Part shown: positions 39,522 to 50,705 of the stretch, in pieces | Numbering within the stretch: the stretch's first letter is position 1 | How the letters are laid out: every line of letters starts with the position of its first letter | Assembly: GCA_016777965.1 (NCBI GenBank) | Contig: JADHQL010000003.1 | Coordinates: 5,596-69,595 of the forward strand | From: Fidelibacterota bacterium | GTDB lineage: Bacteria > Fidelibacterota > Marinisomatia > Marinisomatales > Marinisomataceae | Length of the DNA: 64,000 nucleotides | Reading direction: 5' to 3' | Translations under genes and position numbers: made by a program | The notes under the pieces: model-generated | Told to the model about the DNA's origin: nothing | Databases searched by the model: none | The model's input: the letters and a program-made list of their open reading frames with translations, nothing else

Positions 39522-40406
39522 TTATAAGTTTTCAATACTATTATAGGTTGTAATTATTAATGAATCATCAATTTTTTTGATAATATTGCTTAAAACTTTT
39601 TTTGGACCAATTTCTACAAAGTTGTTTGATAATTCGCCTAGTAATTGAATACTTTTTGACCATTGAACTGGATTATCTATTTGTTCTATTAGAGCATGTT
39701 TAATTTCTTCAATACTTCTATTTGGTCTTGCATTAAAATTTGAAACAATCGGGCAAGATACTTCATTAAACCTTGAAATATTTATTATATCAGTTAGCTT
39801 GTTTTTTGCTTCAGACATTAGTTTGGAATGAAATGCTCCGCTAACACTTAATGGTATTACTTTTGCACCAATAGTTTTTAGACTTTCCGATGCTAAATCA
39901 ATTGATTCTTCACTTCCAGAAATAACGATTTGTGAGTCAGAGTTGATATTTGCAATTTGACAATAGAATGAATCACAAATAGTTTGTATTTTATCAATTG
40001 ATGCTCCAATAACAGCACTCATTTTACCTGGATTATTTAATTCACATTCATGCATCGCTTTTGCACGAACATCTACAATCTGTAACCCGGTTTCAAAATC
40101 AAAAAAATTATTTGCATATAATGCACTGAATTCCCCCAAGCTATGTCCTGCTACAGCAACACATTCTTTTTGGTCTTTGATAAGATCAAAAATTATTGTG
40201 GAGTGTATAAAAATAGCTGGTTGAGCGTATTGTGTTTGTCTTAATACATTTTCTTCAGCAGAAAACATAATTTCTGAAATATTGTATCCTAAAATCTTAT
40301 TTGAAAGTTCAATTCTATCTTTTGCAAGTTGGAATTTATTATAAAGATTTAAGCTCATTCCAGGTCGGTGAGAACCTTGCCCTGAAAAAATGAAACAATT
40401 CTTCAT
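39522..40406 (-). CDS. fabD: malonyl-CoA:ACP transacylase
   Basis: FSGQGS, GHSLGE, VSGAFHS. Confidence 0.96.
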   Translation of the reverse strand: MKNCFIFSGQGSHRPGMSLNLYNKFQLAKDRIELSNKILGYNISEIMFSAEENVLRQTQYAQPAIFIHSTIIFDLIKDQKECVAVAGHSLGEFSALYANNFFDFETGLQIVDVRAKAMHECELNNPGKMSAVIGASIDKIQTICDSFYCQIANINSDSQIVISGSEESIDLASESLKTIGAKVIPLSVSGAFHSKLMSEAKNKLTDIINISRFNEVSCPIVSNFNARPNRSIEEIKHALIEQIDNPVQWSKSIQLLGELSNNFVEIGPKKVLSNIIKKIDDSLIITTYNSIENL

Positions 40407-40582
40407 TAGTTTTGATCTACAGGTTTTCCTTTATAATAAAGAATGCCATCATGATAATATGCATGATGAGGTAGATGTTCTACTCCTGTATTCTTACATT
40501 TAACTGTATGAACCAGAGTGGACTTATAATGAGTCCTTCTCTTTTTAGAACGTGTTTTTGACTGTCTTTTTTTTGGTAACAT
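40406..40582 (-). CDS. rpmF: 50S ribosomal protein L32 (58 aa, not in ORF track)
   Basis: Manual translation MLPKKRQSKTRSKKRRTHYK...HLPHH...YYKGKPVDQN; AAGGA RBS; stop overlaps fabD ATG. Confidence 0.93.
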   Translation of the reverse strand: MLPKKRQSKTRSKKRRTHYKSTLVHTVKCKNTGVEHLPHHAYYHDGILYYKGKPVDQN

Positions 40583-40603
40583 TTTATTCCTTAACCAAGT
40601 GGC

Positions 40604-40632
40604 AATATAAACAAATTAATCTTTCTTGTGAA
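40604..40632 (-). promoter_or_regulatory. putative promoter TTCACA-17-TATATT for rpmF-fab operon
   Basis: Hexamers with 17-nt spacer on minus strand. Confidence 0.45.
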
Positions 40633-40639
40633 ATATTTT

Positions 40640-41014
40640 TTATAATTCAGTTTTGTCAATCCAGCAATTATATCCAAGCTCAACTTTAATATTTTCAGCT
40701 AATTTAACAGCATCATCTCTAGTGGAAAAATTTCCATATCTAACTCGATATTTATATTCTGAATTAGCATCATTTTTCTGAATAAAAGCATCAATATCTG
40801 AAGCATTCAATGCCTGAACAACCTCCATTGCTTCATCAAAAGTTTTTTTAACAGCAATTTGGATTGTATAGTAAAATTCATTATCAATATTCATAGAAGA
40901 AGTTTCGGATATTTCTTTCCTGTTTTCTTCAATAACATGATCAAGCCAAGTTTCTGTTTGTACTTGAGAAAATAATGATGAACTAAAAAATAATATTATT
41001 ATAAATCTCAACAT
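40640..41014 (-). CDS. SPOR-domain protein
   Basis: Signal peptide; YTIQIA...YRVRYGNFSTRDDA. Confidence 0.88.
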   Translation of the reverse strand: MLRFIIILFFSSSLFSQVQTETWLDHVIEENRKEISETSSMNIDNEFYYTIQIAVKKTFDEAMEVVQALNASDIDAFIQKNDANSEYKYRVRYGNFSTRDDAVKLAENIKVELGYNCWIDKTEL

Positions 41015-41019
41015 AAAAA

Positions 41020-41415
41020 TTAGAAAAAGAAGTTTATTTCAATTTCTGCATTTTCATTACTGTCTGAGCCATGAGTAGCATTCATTGAAATATCTGTTCC
41101 ATACTTTGCTCTTATTGTGCCTGCTTCAGCTTCTAATGGATTTGTTGCACCCATCAAATTTCTCCATTCTAAAACTGCATTAGCTTTTTCAAGTTTCATA
41201 ATATGAGTTTCGCTTGAAGTCATAAATTCAACAAGTTCTTCAAAAAATGGTTTATCTTTATGTATAGAGTAAAAACCTTCAGCTTGTTCAACACTAAGAT
41301 GAAGTGTTTTTTCTTCAGCGATTATAAAACCATTATCCATTATATCTTTTCTAATTTCATCTTTAAATCCTTTTTGCATAGCATCAGGTTTAATTAGGGC
41401 AAGTGTATTATTCAT
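41020..41415 (-). CDS. ndk: nucleoside-diphosphate kinase
   Basis: IKPDA, KPFF, GTIR, NATHGSDS. Confidence 0.97.
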   Translation of the reverse strand: MNNTLALIKPDAMQKGFKDEIRKDIMDNGFIIAEEKTLHLSVEQAEGFYSIHKDKPFFEELVEFMTSSETHIMKLEKANAVLEWRNLMGATNPLEAEAGTIRAKYGTDISMNATHGSDSNENAEIEINFFF

Positions 41416-42293
41416 TATTCCTCTATTAGTTGTAACATTGTTTCTCCGATTTCAGATACTGTTTTTGCAACTGAAACCCCACATTCTTTTAAAATTTTAA
41501 TTTTAGCATCTGCTGTTTCAGATCCTTCAGAAATAATTGCTCCAGCATGACCCATTCTTTTTCCTTTAGGAGCAGTTTGACCTGCAATAAATGATACAAC
41601 AGGTTTATTAAAATTGTTTTTGATCCATTCGGCGGCTTCATTTTCCATGCTACCACCAATTTCACCAATCATTACAACGCCTTTAGTTTCTTCATCATCA
41701 GCAAAATATTTCAATATATCTATCATACTTGATCCGATAATTGGATCTCCTCCAATTCCAACAGCGGTAGTCATTCCTAATCCAATATTAACAATTTGGT
41801 CAATTGCCTCATAAGTCAAGGTCCCTGAACGAGAAAGAATACCAATAGAACCTTTTTTGCAAATAAAACCAGGAGTAATTCCAATTTTTGATTCTTCAGC
41901 TGTTATCAAGCCAGGACAGTTAGGACCAATAAGAGTTGAAGAGGAATTATCAAGTACACTTTTAACTTTTTTCATATCACGAACAGGAATTCCTTCTGAT
42001 ATACAAACAATTAAATCAATATTTTGATTTATTGCTTCAAGAATTGCATTTGCAGCAAATCTAGGGGGAACAAAAATTACCGAGGCATCAATTGAAAACT
42101 CTTTTTTTGCTTCTTCGATGCTATTAAAAACTGGTAAGTTGTTTTCTGTAGCAGTTTGACCACCTTTTCCAGGAGTTACTCCACAAACAACGTTAGAACC
42201 ATAGTCTAGCATTTGCTGTGCATGAAATAGTCCTTCCGATCCAGTAATTCCCTGAACTAGAATAGAAGTTTTTTTATTTAATAGTATTGACAT
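41415..42293 (-). CDS. sucD: succinyl-CoA ligase alpha subunit
   Basis: QGITG, GPNCPG, SRSGTLTYE, MGHAGA. Confidence 0.98.
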   Translation of the reverse strand: MSILLNKKTSILVQGITGSEGLFHAQQMLDYGSNVVCGVTPGKGGQTATENNLPVFNSIEEAKKEFSIDASVIFVPPRFAANAILEAINQNIDLIVCISEGIPVRDMKKVKSVLDNSSSTLIGPNCPGLITAEESKIGITPGFICKKGSIGILSRSGTLTYEAIDQIVNIGLGMTTAVGIGGDPIIGSSMIDILKYFADDEETKGVVMIGEIGGSMENEAAEWIKNNFNKPVVSFIAGQTAPKGKRMGHAGAIISEGSETADAKIKILKECGVSVAKTVSEIGETMLQLIEE

Positions 42294-43459
42294 TATGATG
42301 CCAACCTAACTGCTTTTTTAGCAGCTTCATCTATTGTTTCAGCGCTTATAAGTTCTATATCTGATTCATCTAAAATTTGTTTTGCCAGTTTTGCATTAGT
42401 ACCTTGGAGTCTAACGACAACACCAACATTTAAATTTAATTCTTTAACAGCTTGAATGACTCCATTAGCTACTCTGTCACATCTAACGATACCACCAAAA
42501 ATATTAATCAAAACTGATTTTACGTTAGGGTCAGAGAGAATAATTTTAAAGCCATTTTTAATTGTATCAACATTAGCCGCACCTCCAACATCTAAAAAAT
42601 TAGCTGGTTCGCCGCCATGATGTTTTACTATATCCATTGTTGCCATAGCAAGGCCAGCTCCATTAACCATGCAGCCAACATTACCATCAAGCTTAATATA
42701 ATTTAATCCATATTCTGAAGCCTTTAGTTCTAAAGGGTTTTCCTCGAAAGTGTCATGAAATTTTGCAATTTTTTCTTGTCTAAATAGTGCATTGGAATCA
42801 ATATCAACTTTCGCATCTAGTGCAATAATTTTTTGGTCTTCGGTGATTACAAGAGGATTGATTTCTAATAAATTACAATCTGAATTTGAATAGCAATTAT
42901 AAATATTCTTAAAAATTTCAAAAGCATCATTAAATGAATTAAGAGTTAATGCATTTATAATTGTATTAATTGCATCATCAAGAGGGTAGGTATCATTATT
43001 TACCCAAGCCTTAACAATTTTTTCAGGAGTTTTCTCTGCTACTTGTTCAATATCAACTCCGCCTTCCGTTGATACTATGAAGACATCAGCATTTTTTGCT
43101 CGATCAAACATTAATGCAAAATAAAACTCTTTTTCAATATCTAGTGCTTCTGTAATTAATATTTGATTTACAAGTTTACCTTCTTCGCCAGTTTGATGAG
43201 TGATTAAATTCATGCCAAGAATTTCATTAGCAGATTCAATAGCTGATTCTGTTGACGAACAGAATTTCACTCCACCACCTTTACCACGACCTCCAGCATG
43301 AATTTGCGCTTTAACTACAACAGCATCTGAGTTGAATTCATTTTGAACTCTATCTATTGTTTTTTCAATCTCATTAGATGAATAAACAACATGGCCTCTT
43401 TGAATTGGCACATTGTAATCAGACAAAAGTTCTTTAGCTTGGAATTCGTGAATTTTCAT
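42293..43459 (-). CDS. sucC: succinyl-CoA ligase beta subunit
   Basis: HAGGRGKGGG, NGAGLAMAT, NIFGGIVRCD. Confidence 0.98.
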   Translation of the reverse strand: MKIHEFQAKELLSDYNVPIQRGHVVYSSNEIEKTIDRVQNEFNSDAVVVKAQIHAGGRGKGGGVKFCSSTESAIESANEILGMNLITHQTGEEGKLVNQILITEALDIEKEFYFALMFDRAKNADVFIVSTEGGVDIEQVAEKTPEKIVKAWVNNDTYPLDDAINTIINALTLNSFNDAFEIFKNIYNCYSNSDCNLLEINPLVITEDQKIIALDAKVDIDSNALFRQEKIAKFHDTFEENPLELKASEYGLNYIKLDGNVGCMVNGAGLAMATMDIVKHHGGEPANFLDVGGAANVDTIKNGFKIILSDPNVKSVLINIFGGIVRCDRVANGVIQAVKELNLNVGVVVRLQGTNAKLAKQILDESDIELISAETIDEAAKKAVRLAS

Positions 43460-45082
43460 CTATTCTTCATCCATAAATGGATATCTATAATTATGAGGAG
43501 GTTCAAAAGTTTCTTTGATTGTTCTTGGGGATGTCCATCTTAATAAGTTAAGCATAGAGCCACCTTTATCATTTGTGCCAGATGCTCTGCTTCCCCCAAA
43601 TGGCTGTTGTCCAACAACAGCACCGGTAGGTTTATCATTAATATAGAAATTTCCAGCTGAAAATCTCAATTTAGATCTTACTTCTTCAACGATATCTCTA
43701 TCTTCTGAAAATACACAGCCTGTAAGAGCGTAAGGAGATGTATTATCAATCAATTCTAATGTTTCATTCCAATTTTCATTTTCATATACAAAAATGGTAA
43801 GTACTGGACCAAATATTTCTTCCTCAAGAGTTTTAAAGTGTGGATCGGTGGTTAAAATGACCGTTGGTTCCACAAAATAACCCTTAGATTTATCATATCT
43901 GCCTCCACAAAGAACTTCACAATCGTTACTTTCTTTAGCATAATCTAAGTATGAGGCAATTTTATCAAAGGCTGTTTCATCAATTACAGCATTAACAAAA
44001 TTTTTAAAATCTTCAGGCGGTCCAACATCTATTGTTTTGATTTCATTCAATAGTTTTTCTTGTATCTCGTTCCATTTTGATTTTGGCAGATATGCTCTTG
44101 ACATAGCAGAACATTTTTGTCCTTGATATTCAAAAGCTCCTCGAACCATTGCTGTTACAAGACCCTGTATATCAGCTGATTCATGTGCTATACAAAAGTC
44201 TTTACCACCTGTTTCACCAACAATTTTTGGATAATTTCTATAAATATCTAAGTTATCAGACACTTTTTTCCAAAGATGTTTAAAAGTTTTTGTAGATCCA
44301 GTGAAATGCACTCCAGCTAATTCTTTATGACCCAATACTTGATTACCTATGCTTGGTCCGTCACCTGGAATAAAATTAATAACTCCGTCCGGTAGACCCG
44401 CTTCTTTATATAGTTCCATGATGTAGTAAGCTGAATAAACAGCACTTGGTGCCGGTTTCCAAAGTACCGTATTTCCGACAATAGCAGGAGAGATGGCCAA
44501 ATTACCTCCAATGCTAAAGAAATTAAATGGCGCAATTGCAAAAACAAAACCTTCCAGTGGTCTGAATTCCAATTCATTTTTCATTCCATCAGGAGATATA
44601 GGAGTAAAAGTATTTTGCATTGTATATGCAAACTCGATATTAAAATTTAAAAAATCGATTAATTCACATGATGCATCAACTTCAGCTTGAAAAACACTTT
44701 TACCAATATCTAGCATTGCTGCAGCATTAATTTTATACCTATATGGACCTGCAATTAAGTCTGCAACTTTTTTAAATATTTTTGCTCTTTCTTCTAAAGA
44801 TGTATTAGACCAAGCTTTCCAAGCTTCTAATGAAGAATCGATAGCCATTTGAATTTCTTCAGGACCTGCTTCATGATAATGACCTAGAATATGTGCATGA
44901 TCTTGAGGTTTTATACATGGTTTTGTATTACCTGTTCTTATCTCTTTTCCATTAATGATAATAGGAATATCTTTTTGTCTACTTGATTGTCTTTCAATTT
45001 CTTCTAAAAGTAATTTTCTATGCTCTGAACCAGGCTCAAAATCTATAATTGGTTCATTGATTGCTTTAAAATTTTTGTCCAT
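43460..45082 (-). CDS. pruA: L-glutamate gamma-semialdehyde (P5C) dehydrogenase
   Basis: FTGST, ETGGKD, FEYQGQKCSA, NDKPTGAVVGQQPFGG. Confidence 0.94.
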   Translation of the reverse strand: MDKNFKAINEPIIDFEPGSEHRKLLLEEIERQSSRQKDIPIIINGKEIRTGNTKPCIKPQDHAHILGHYHEAGPEEIQMAIDSSLEAWKAWSNTSLEERAKIFKKVADLIAGPYRYKINAAAMLDIGKSVFQAEVDASCELIDFLNFNIEFAYTMQNTFTPISPDGMKNELEFRPLEGFVFAIAPFNFFSIGGNLAISPAIVGNTVLWKPAPSAVYSAYYIMELYKEAGLPDGVINFIPGDGPSIGNQVLGHKELAGVHFTGSTKTFKHLWKKVSDNLDIYRNYPKIVGETGGKDFCIAHESADIQGLVTAMVRGAFEYQGQKCSAMSRAYLPKSKWNEIQEKLLNEIKTIDVGPPEDFKNFVNAVIDETAFDKIASYLDYAKESNDCEVLCGGRYDKSKGYFVEPTVILTTDPHFKTLEEEIFGPVLTIFVYENENWNETLELIDNTSPYALTGCVFSEDRDIVEEVRSKLRFSAGNFYINDKPTGAVVGQQPFGGSRASGTNDKGGSMLNLLRWTSPRTIKETFEPPHNYRYPFMDEE

Positions 45083-45099
45083 AATTTATCCTTTATTTT

Positions 45100-46080
45100 T
45101 TAGTGCCTAATATTAGACAAAATATCTTTCATTTCAGAATAATTCTTTGCCAAAACAAATTTTTTTCGAAAAGAAGATGCCCCTTTGAATTCTTTAAAGT
45201 ACCAAGCGAAATGTTTCTTCATATTGTTGGCACCTACAATTTCTCCATGAATTTGTACAAGAAGCTCTAAATGCTTTTTACATATTTCTAATCTTTCTTC
45301 AATACTTATATCTTCAAAATTTTCATTAAGCATATATTTTCTTACTTCAGCAAAAAACCATGGATTTCCTAAAGCGGCTCTGCCAATCATTATGCCATCA
45401 CAGTTAGTATGATCAAACATTTTATTTATATCATCAATATTTTTTACATCTCCATTACCAATGACAGGAATACTCACATTTTCTTTTAATTCTTTTATTA
45501 AATCCCAATTTGCTTTTCCTTTATACATTTGAACAGTTGTTCTTGGATGAAGGGTAATTGCTTTAACTCCAACTTTTTCTAAATTTATACCAGCTTGAGT
45601 GCTTACAATATTTTCTAAATTCCAGCCTGCTCTCATTTTCACTGTAACAGGTATTTTGTCGACCGCTTTAACAACAGCTTCTGTGATATCTTCCATTAAG
45701 CATAAATCTTTTAAAGCAGCGGATCCAGCTCCTTTTTTTGTCACTTTTGGTACTGGACATCCATAATTAATATCAATTAAATCTGGTTTAAATTTTTCAA
45801 ATACCAATTTTGCTGCATTTTCCATTACTTCTGGTGTATCTCCAAATATTTGAATACCTATTGGCCTTTCAAATTCTGAAAATTTGATCATATTCAATGT
45901 TTTTTCATTTTTTCTAATGATACCATGAGCTGAAACAAATTCTGAGTACACTACTCCAGCTCCAAATTCTTTTGCAATCACTCTAAATGCATAGTCTGTA
46001 ACACCTGCCATAGGTGCAAGAAAAAATGGGAAATCAAGTTTTAGGTTTCCAATTTGAATTTTTTTATTTATATCAAACAT
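45100..46080 (-). CDS. dusB: tRNA dihydrouridine synthase DusB
   Basis: LAPMAGVTD, INYGCP, NGDV, GRAALGNPW. Confidence 0.93.
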   Translation of the reverse strand: MFDINKKIQIGNLKLDFPFFLAPMAGVTDYAFRVIAKEFGAGVVYSEFVSAHGIIRKNEKTLNMIKFSEFERPIGIQIFGDTPEVMENAAKLVFEKFKPDLIDINYGCPVPKVTKKGAGSAALKDLCLMEDITEAVVKAVDKIPVTVKMRAGWNLENIVSTQAGINLEKVGVKAITLHPRTTVQMYKGKANWDLIKELKENVSIPVIGNGDVKNIDDINKMFDHTNCDGIMIGRAALGNPWFFAEVRKYMLNENFEDISIEERLEICKKHLELLVQIHGEIVGANNMKKHFAWYFKEFKGASSFRKKFVLAKNYSEMKDILSNIRH

Positions 46081-46159
46081 ATTGTTTTTGTTTGTTCACT
46101 AAGATTATTGGTTTAAATTTCCTCTGTTTGATTTGAACTTAAACATAAAAGGTTAAAAA

Positions 46160-46396
46160 ATGTCAAGAGTTTGTGAAGTAACAGGTAAAAAAGCGATGTA
46201 TGGCAATAATGTAAGTCATGCTCATAATAAAACTAGAAGAAGATTTGATATAAATCTTCAAAAAAAGACTTTTTGGGTGGAAACACTTAATAAGAAAGTT
46301 ACGCTCAAAGTATCTGCTAAGGGTTTAAAAATTATTGATAAGAAAGGTATTGATTCAGTAATTAAAGATTTAATGGCAGAAGGCAGAAAATTTTAA
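46160..46396 (+). CDS. rpmB: 50S ribosomal protein L28
   Basis: [25 protein letters not shown]. Confidence 0.98.
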   Translation: MSRVCEVTGKKAMYGNNVSHAHNKTRRRFDINLQKKTFWVETLNKKVTLKVSAKGLKIIDKKGIDSVIKDLMAEGRKF

Positions 46397-47838
46397 TCTT
46401 TTAATTTCTTACTTAATTCAGCAATAACAATTTCGTGACTTACTTTTCCCTTAGTTTCTTTATTGACTTGACCAATAAAAAAACCGATTAATTTTTCTTC
46501 ACCGTTTTTATATCTTAATACTTCATTTTGACAGTTAGAAAGTACTTTGTCAATAATTTCTGTTGTATTTATATCAGATGAATCAAAATCACCGCTTTTT
46601 AAAATTTCACTAATATTTTTACCGGTTTCAAATAATGCTCTCAAAACCTCTTTACCTGAATTTGGGGTAATTTTATTTCGTTTTATTTCATCAATTAATA
46701 TTTTTAAATCTTTTGCTTCAACTTTGGATGAATCAAATGCTGTATTCATCTCATTAAAAAGCCTAAATAGTTCTGTTGAAACCCAAGTGCTAGCTTTTTT
46801 GGGCGAAACATCTAAACTAACAACTTCTTCAAAGTATTTTGCAATATCTTTAGAAGATGAAAGAATCATGCACTCATTTAAAGATAAATTATATTCGTTC
46901 ATCCACTTTTTTTCATAATCAAAAGGAAGTATAGGGACTGATGATTTAATGTCTTCAATAAATGACTTTTCTAAACTTACTGGCGGTAAATCTGGATCTG
47001 GAAAGTATCTATAATCATCAGAATTTTCTTTAATTCTCATTATCTCGGCAACGTTTTTATCATTATTCCAAGTTAAAGTAGCTTGTTGAACTTCTTTTCC
47101 ATCGTTCAAAATCTTGTTTTGTCGAATGATTTCAGACTCAATTGACTTTTGAACGTTTCTAAAGGAGTTGATATTTTTGATTTCTGTTTTTACTCCAAAT
47201 TTCCCACTACCTTTTTTTGACAGAGAGATATTAGCATCACATCTGAGTTTTCCTTTTTCCATTTCTGCATTTGAAATATTTATATAATTAACTATTTGTT
47301 TAATACGTTGCATAAAAATCTTGGCTTGTTCGGGATGAACTAGCACAGGCTCTGTTACAATCTCAATTAATGCTGCTCCGCTTCTGTTGTAATCTACATT
47401 ACTTTTTTTGCTGTCATTATTATGAAAAGATTTTCCAGCATCTTCCTCTAAATGTGCTCTTGTTAAATCAATCTTAAACTCTTTCTCATTCCACCAAATG
47501 GGAACCGAACCTCCTGAAATAATTGGTTGATCAAACTGGGATATTTGGTATCCTTTAGGTAGGTCAGGATAAAAATAATGTTTTCTGGCAAACGTAAAGT
47601 TTTTACTTATTTTTCCGTTAACCGCTTTTCCAAACATTATCGCTGACTCAATTGCTGATTGATTTACATTTGGAAGAGCTCCTGGAAGTCCCAATGACGT
47701 TGGGCAGGTTAAACTATTTGGTGAGTAATCATATTTATATTGGCAATTGCTGAACATTTTAGAATTACAATCTAATTGGACATGTATTTCTAGACCAATT
47801 ATAAAATCCCAATTTTTATTTATATCATTTATGTTCAA
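46393..47838 (-). CDS. gatB: Asp/Glu-tRNA amidotransferase subunit B
   Basis: [41 protein letters not shown]. Confidence 0.97.
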   Translation of the reverse strand: MNINDINKNWDFIIGLEIHVQLDCNSKMFSNCQYKYDYSPNSLTCPTSLGLPGALPNVNQSAIESAIMFGKAVNGKISKNFTFARKHYFYPDLPKGYQISQFDQPIISGGSVPIWWNEKEFKIDLTRAHLEEDAGKSFHNNDSKKSNVDYNRSGAALIEIVTEPVLVHPEQAKIFMQRIKQIVNYINISNAEMEKGKLRCDANISLSKKGSGKFGVKTEIKNINSFRNVQKSIESEIIRQNKILNDGKEVQQATLTWNNDKNVAEIMRIKENSDDYRYFPDPDLPPVSLEKSFIEDIKSSVPILPFDYEKKWMNEYNLSLNECMILSSSKDIAKYFEEVVSLDVSPKKASTWVSTELFRLFNEMNTAFDSSKVEAKDLKILIDEIKRNKITPNSGKEVLRALFETGKNISEILKSGDFDSSDINTTEIIDKVLSNCQNEVLRYKNGEEKLIGFFIGQVNKETKGKVSHEIVIAELSKKLKD

Positions 47839-50093
47839 TTTGATTTTTTAGCAATTAAGTTAAGAGCTGAACCCGCTTTGAACCATTCTATCTGTTTCTT
47901 TGAAAAGGTATGTAGCGTTTCAATGATCTGAAATGAACCGTCTGGTTTATTTAAGCTCAATTTAAGGTTAGTTTTATTATCAAAATCTTTAAGATTAATA
48001 GTAGATATTGTATCATTAGCTTCAATTTTATCATAATCACTTTTATCTTTGAAGATTAGTGGCAAAATACCTTGTTTCTTCAAGTTGGTTTGAGCAATTC
48101 TTGCAAAACTTTTTGCAATGATAATTTTACAACCCATAAATCTAGGTTCCATTGCTGCATGCTCTCTACTAGAGCCTTCTCCGTAATTTTCATCAGCTAC
48201 AGCAATCCAATCAATGTTATTTTCTTTGTAAGTTTTAGCCACTTCATAAATATTATCGGTTTTATCATTAATTAAATCTATTGCTTCACCATTTGTTTTT
48301 GTAAATGCATTAAGAGCTCCAGAATACATATTCTGGGAAATATTTTCAAGATGACCTCTATATTTTAACCATGGGCCAGCAGGAGAGACATGATCAGTTG
48401 TACATTTTCCTTCTGCTTTTAATAGAATTTTTAAATTTTTCATCTCTTTCTTATTCCATTCAACAAATGGTTCTAATACCTGTAATCGATTACTATCTTT
48501 TTTAATAACAATCTTAGTATCTGGACGAAGTTCAGCTTTCAAAAAGTCATCACTTCCAATTTTTTCAAATCCCATTTCTGGTAACTCAGAGCCTACAGGA
48601 GATTGAAAGCTAAAACTACTTCCATCATTAAGAGTTAATTTATCTTTTGAAGGATTAAAACTCAATTTACCTGATATTGCTAGCGCAGTAACAATCTCTG
48701 GGCTGGCTACAAATGATTCTGTTGCCGCATTACCATCATTTCTCTTTGCAAAATTTCTGTTAAAGGAGGTAATAATTGTATTTTTTTCGCCGTCTTTAAT
48801 ATCAGATCTTTTCCATTGACCAATACATGGTCCACAAGCATTTGCTAAAACTTTCCCACCAAGTTCTTCAAAGATTTTGGTATATCCATCTCTTTCCATT
48901 GTAGCTTTAATTTGATTGGATCCAGGAGTAATATAAAACTCTGACTTTGCCTTTAGTCCCGCATCAAGAGCTTGTTTAGCTACATGAGCAGCTTTTTCAA
49001 TATCTTCATAAGAAGAATTAGTACAACTTCCTATCAATCCAACTTTTAAATCATCATCATAATTATTATCTTTAACTGCATCTGGCATATCAGAGATTTC
49101 TCTAGATAAGTCAGGACTGTAGGGTCCAACAATATGGGGTTCTAGTTCAGATAAATTAATTTCTATGACTTCATCATAATATTTTTCAGGGCTTTTATGA
49201 ACATCATCATCTGCTTTGAGATGATTTTTAATTTCATCTGCTAAATCAGCAATATCTTTTCTATTGGTAGCTACTAAGTATTCATACATTTTTTTATCAT
49301 ATGGAAAAATAGATGTCGTTGCTCCAACCTCAGCCCCCATGTTTGTTATAGTTGCCTTTCCGGTACAGCTAATCGTTTCGGTTCCTTCGCCAAAATATTC
49401 AATTATTTTTCCAGTTCCACCTTTTACTGTTAGGATACCAGCAAGTTTAAGAATAATATCTTTTGGAGATGCCCAATCACTTAATTGACCAGTAAGTTTG
49501 ACTCCAATTATACCTGGCCAGTTGATCTCCCAAGGGGAATTGGTCATCACATCAACAGCATCAGCTCCTCCAACTCCAATCGCAACCATTCCTAATCCAC
49601 CAGCATTTGGAGTATGAGAATCGGTTCCAATCATCATAGTTCCAGGTACTGCATAATTTTCTAAAATGGTTTGATGAATAATTCCTGCACCAGGTTTCCA
49701 AAAACCTATCCCATATTTTGCACAAACAGACTTCAGAAAATCATACACTTCTTTATTTGTTAGCAGAGCCTTGTCGAGATCATCGTCAGCTCCTTTAATA
49801 GCAGTGATTAAATGATCGCAATGAACAGTGGTTGGAACTGCTGTTGTCTGCATTCCTGCATTGATAAATTGTAATAAAGCCATTTGAGCAGTCGCGTCTT
49901 GCATTGCGACTCGATCAGGACTGAGAGTGCAAAATGTTTTAGTTCTTTCAGGAATTGACTGTAGGTCTTCGGAAAGATGTGAAAAAAGAATTTTTTCTGT
50001 AAACGCTAGAGGCCTATTGAAAAAACTTTTTGCATCAATAGTCTTTGAAAGATAATTGTTATAAATTTGCTTGATTAGATTTGTCTGATTCAT
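47835..50093 (-). CDS. aconitate hydratase, mitochondrial/Bacteroidota type
   Basis: [39 protein letters not shown]; 752 aa. Confidence 0.95.
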   Translation of the reverse strand: MNQTNLIKQIYNNYLSKTIDAKSFFNRPLAFTEKILFSHLSEDLQSIPERTKTFCTLSPDRVAMQDATAQMALLQFINAGMQTTAVPTTVHCDHLITAIKGADDDLDKALLTNKEVYDFLKSVCAKYGIGFWKPGAGIIHQTILENYAVPGTMMIGTDSHTPNAGGLGMVAIGVGGADAVDVMTNSPWEINWPGIIGVKLTGQLSDWASPKDIILKLAGILTVKGGTGKIIEYFGEGTETISCTGKATITNMGAEVGATTSIFPYDKKMYEYLVATNRKDIADLADEIKNHLKADDDVHKSPEKYYDEVIEINLSELEPHIVGPYSPDLSREISDMPDAVKDNNYDDDLKVGLIGSCTNSSYEDIEKAAHVAKQALDAGLKAKSEFYITPGSNQIKATMERDGYTKIFEELGGKVLANACGPCIGQWKRSDIKDGEKNTIITSFNRNFAKRNDGNAATESFVASPEIVTALAISGKLSFNPSKDKLTLNDGSSFSFQSPVGSELPEMGFEKIGSDDFLKAELRPDTKIVIKKDSNRLQVLEPFVEWNKKEMKNLKILLKAEGKCTTDHVSPAGPWLKYRGHLENISQNMYSGALNAFTKTNGEAIDLINDKTDNIYEVAKTYKENNIDWIAVADENYGEGSSREHAAMEPRFMGCKIIIAKSFARIAQTNLKKQGILPLIFKDKSDYDKIEANDTISTINLKDFDNKTNLKLSLNKPDGSFQIIETLHTFSKKQIEWFKAGSALNLIAKKSN

Positions 50094-50138
50094 ATTTACT
50101 CTTTATTGTTATAAATTTAGTTAAAAAAAAACGATTTT

Positions 50139-50705
50139 ATGGATATAATATTAGCATCTAGTTCTCCAAGACGAAAGAAAATTCTAGAAAAGTTAGGATA
50201 CAACTTTTGTATTAAAGTTCCTGATATAGATGAGGAAAATATTAATAAATTGAATCCCATTGATTATGTAATAGATGTTTCGATGAGAAAAGGATTAAAA
50301 GTACATCAACAATACGAAAATGATTTTATTCTTTCTGGAGATACAATAGTAGAGTTTCAAAATAAAATCATAGGTAAACCTTCTTCATATCAGGATGCTT
50401 TTGAGGTTTTATCTTTATTATCAGGTAGGTCACATTATGTAATTAGTGCTTTATCTTTAACTTATAATGATAACCAAATCACTATTTTTGATAGTACAAA
50501 AGTTTGTTTTAAAACATTGAAGAAAGATGAAATTGAAAATTATATAAATAATTTTAATGTGCTAGATAAAGCTGGTTCATATAATATTGAAGATGTTAAG
50601 GAATATTTCATTAAAAATATTGACGGATGTTATAATAATATTGTAGGTTTCCCAGAAGAAAAATTTTTAAGAAGTGAAATAAAACAAATTCTTGATTTAA
50701 AATGA
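50139..50705 (+). CDS. maf: Maf-family nucleoside triphosphate pyrophosphatase
   Basis: ILASSSPRR, DT, GKP, DKAGSY. Confidence 0.92.
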   Translation: MDIILASSSPRRKKILEKLGYNFCIKVPDIDEENINKLNPIDYVIDVSMRKGLKVHQQYENDFILSGDTIVEFQNKIIGKPSSYQDAFEVLSLLSGRSHYVISALSLTYNDNQITIFDSTKVCFKTLKKDEIENYINNFNVLDKAGSYNIEDVKEYFIKNIDGCYNNIVGFPEEKFLRSEIKQILDLK

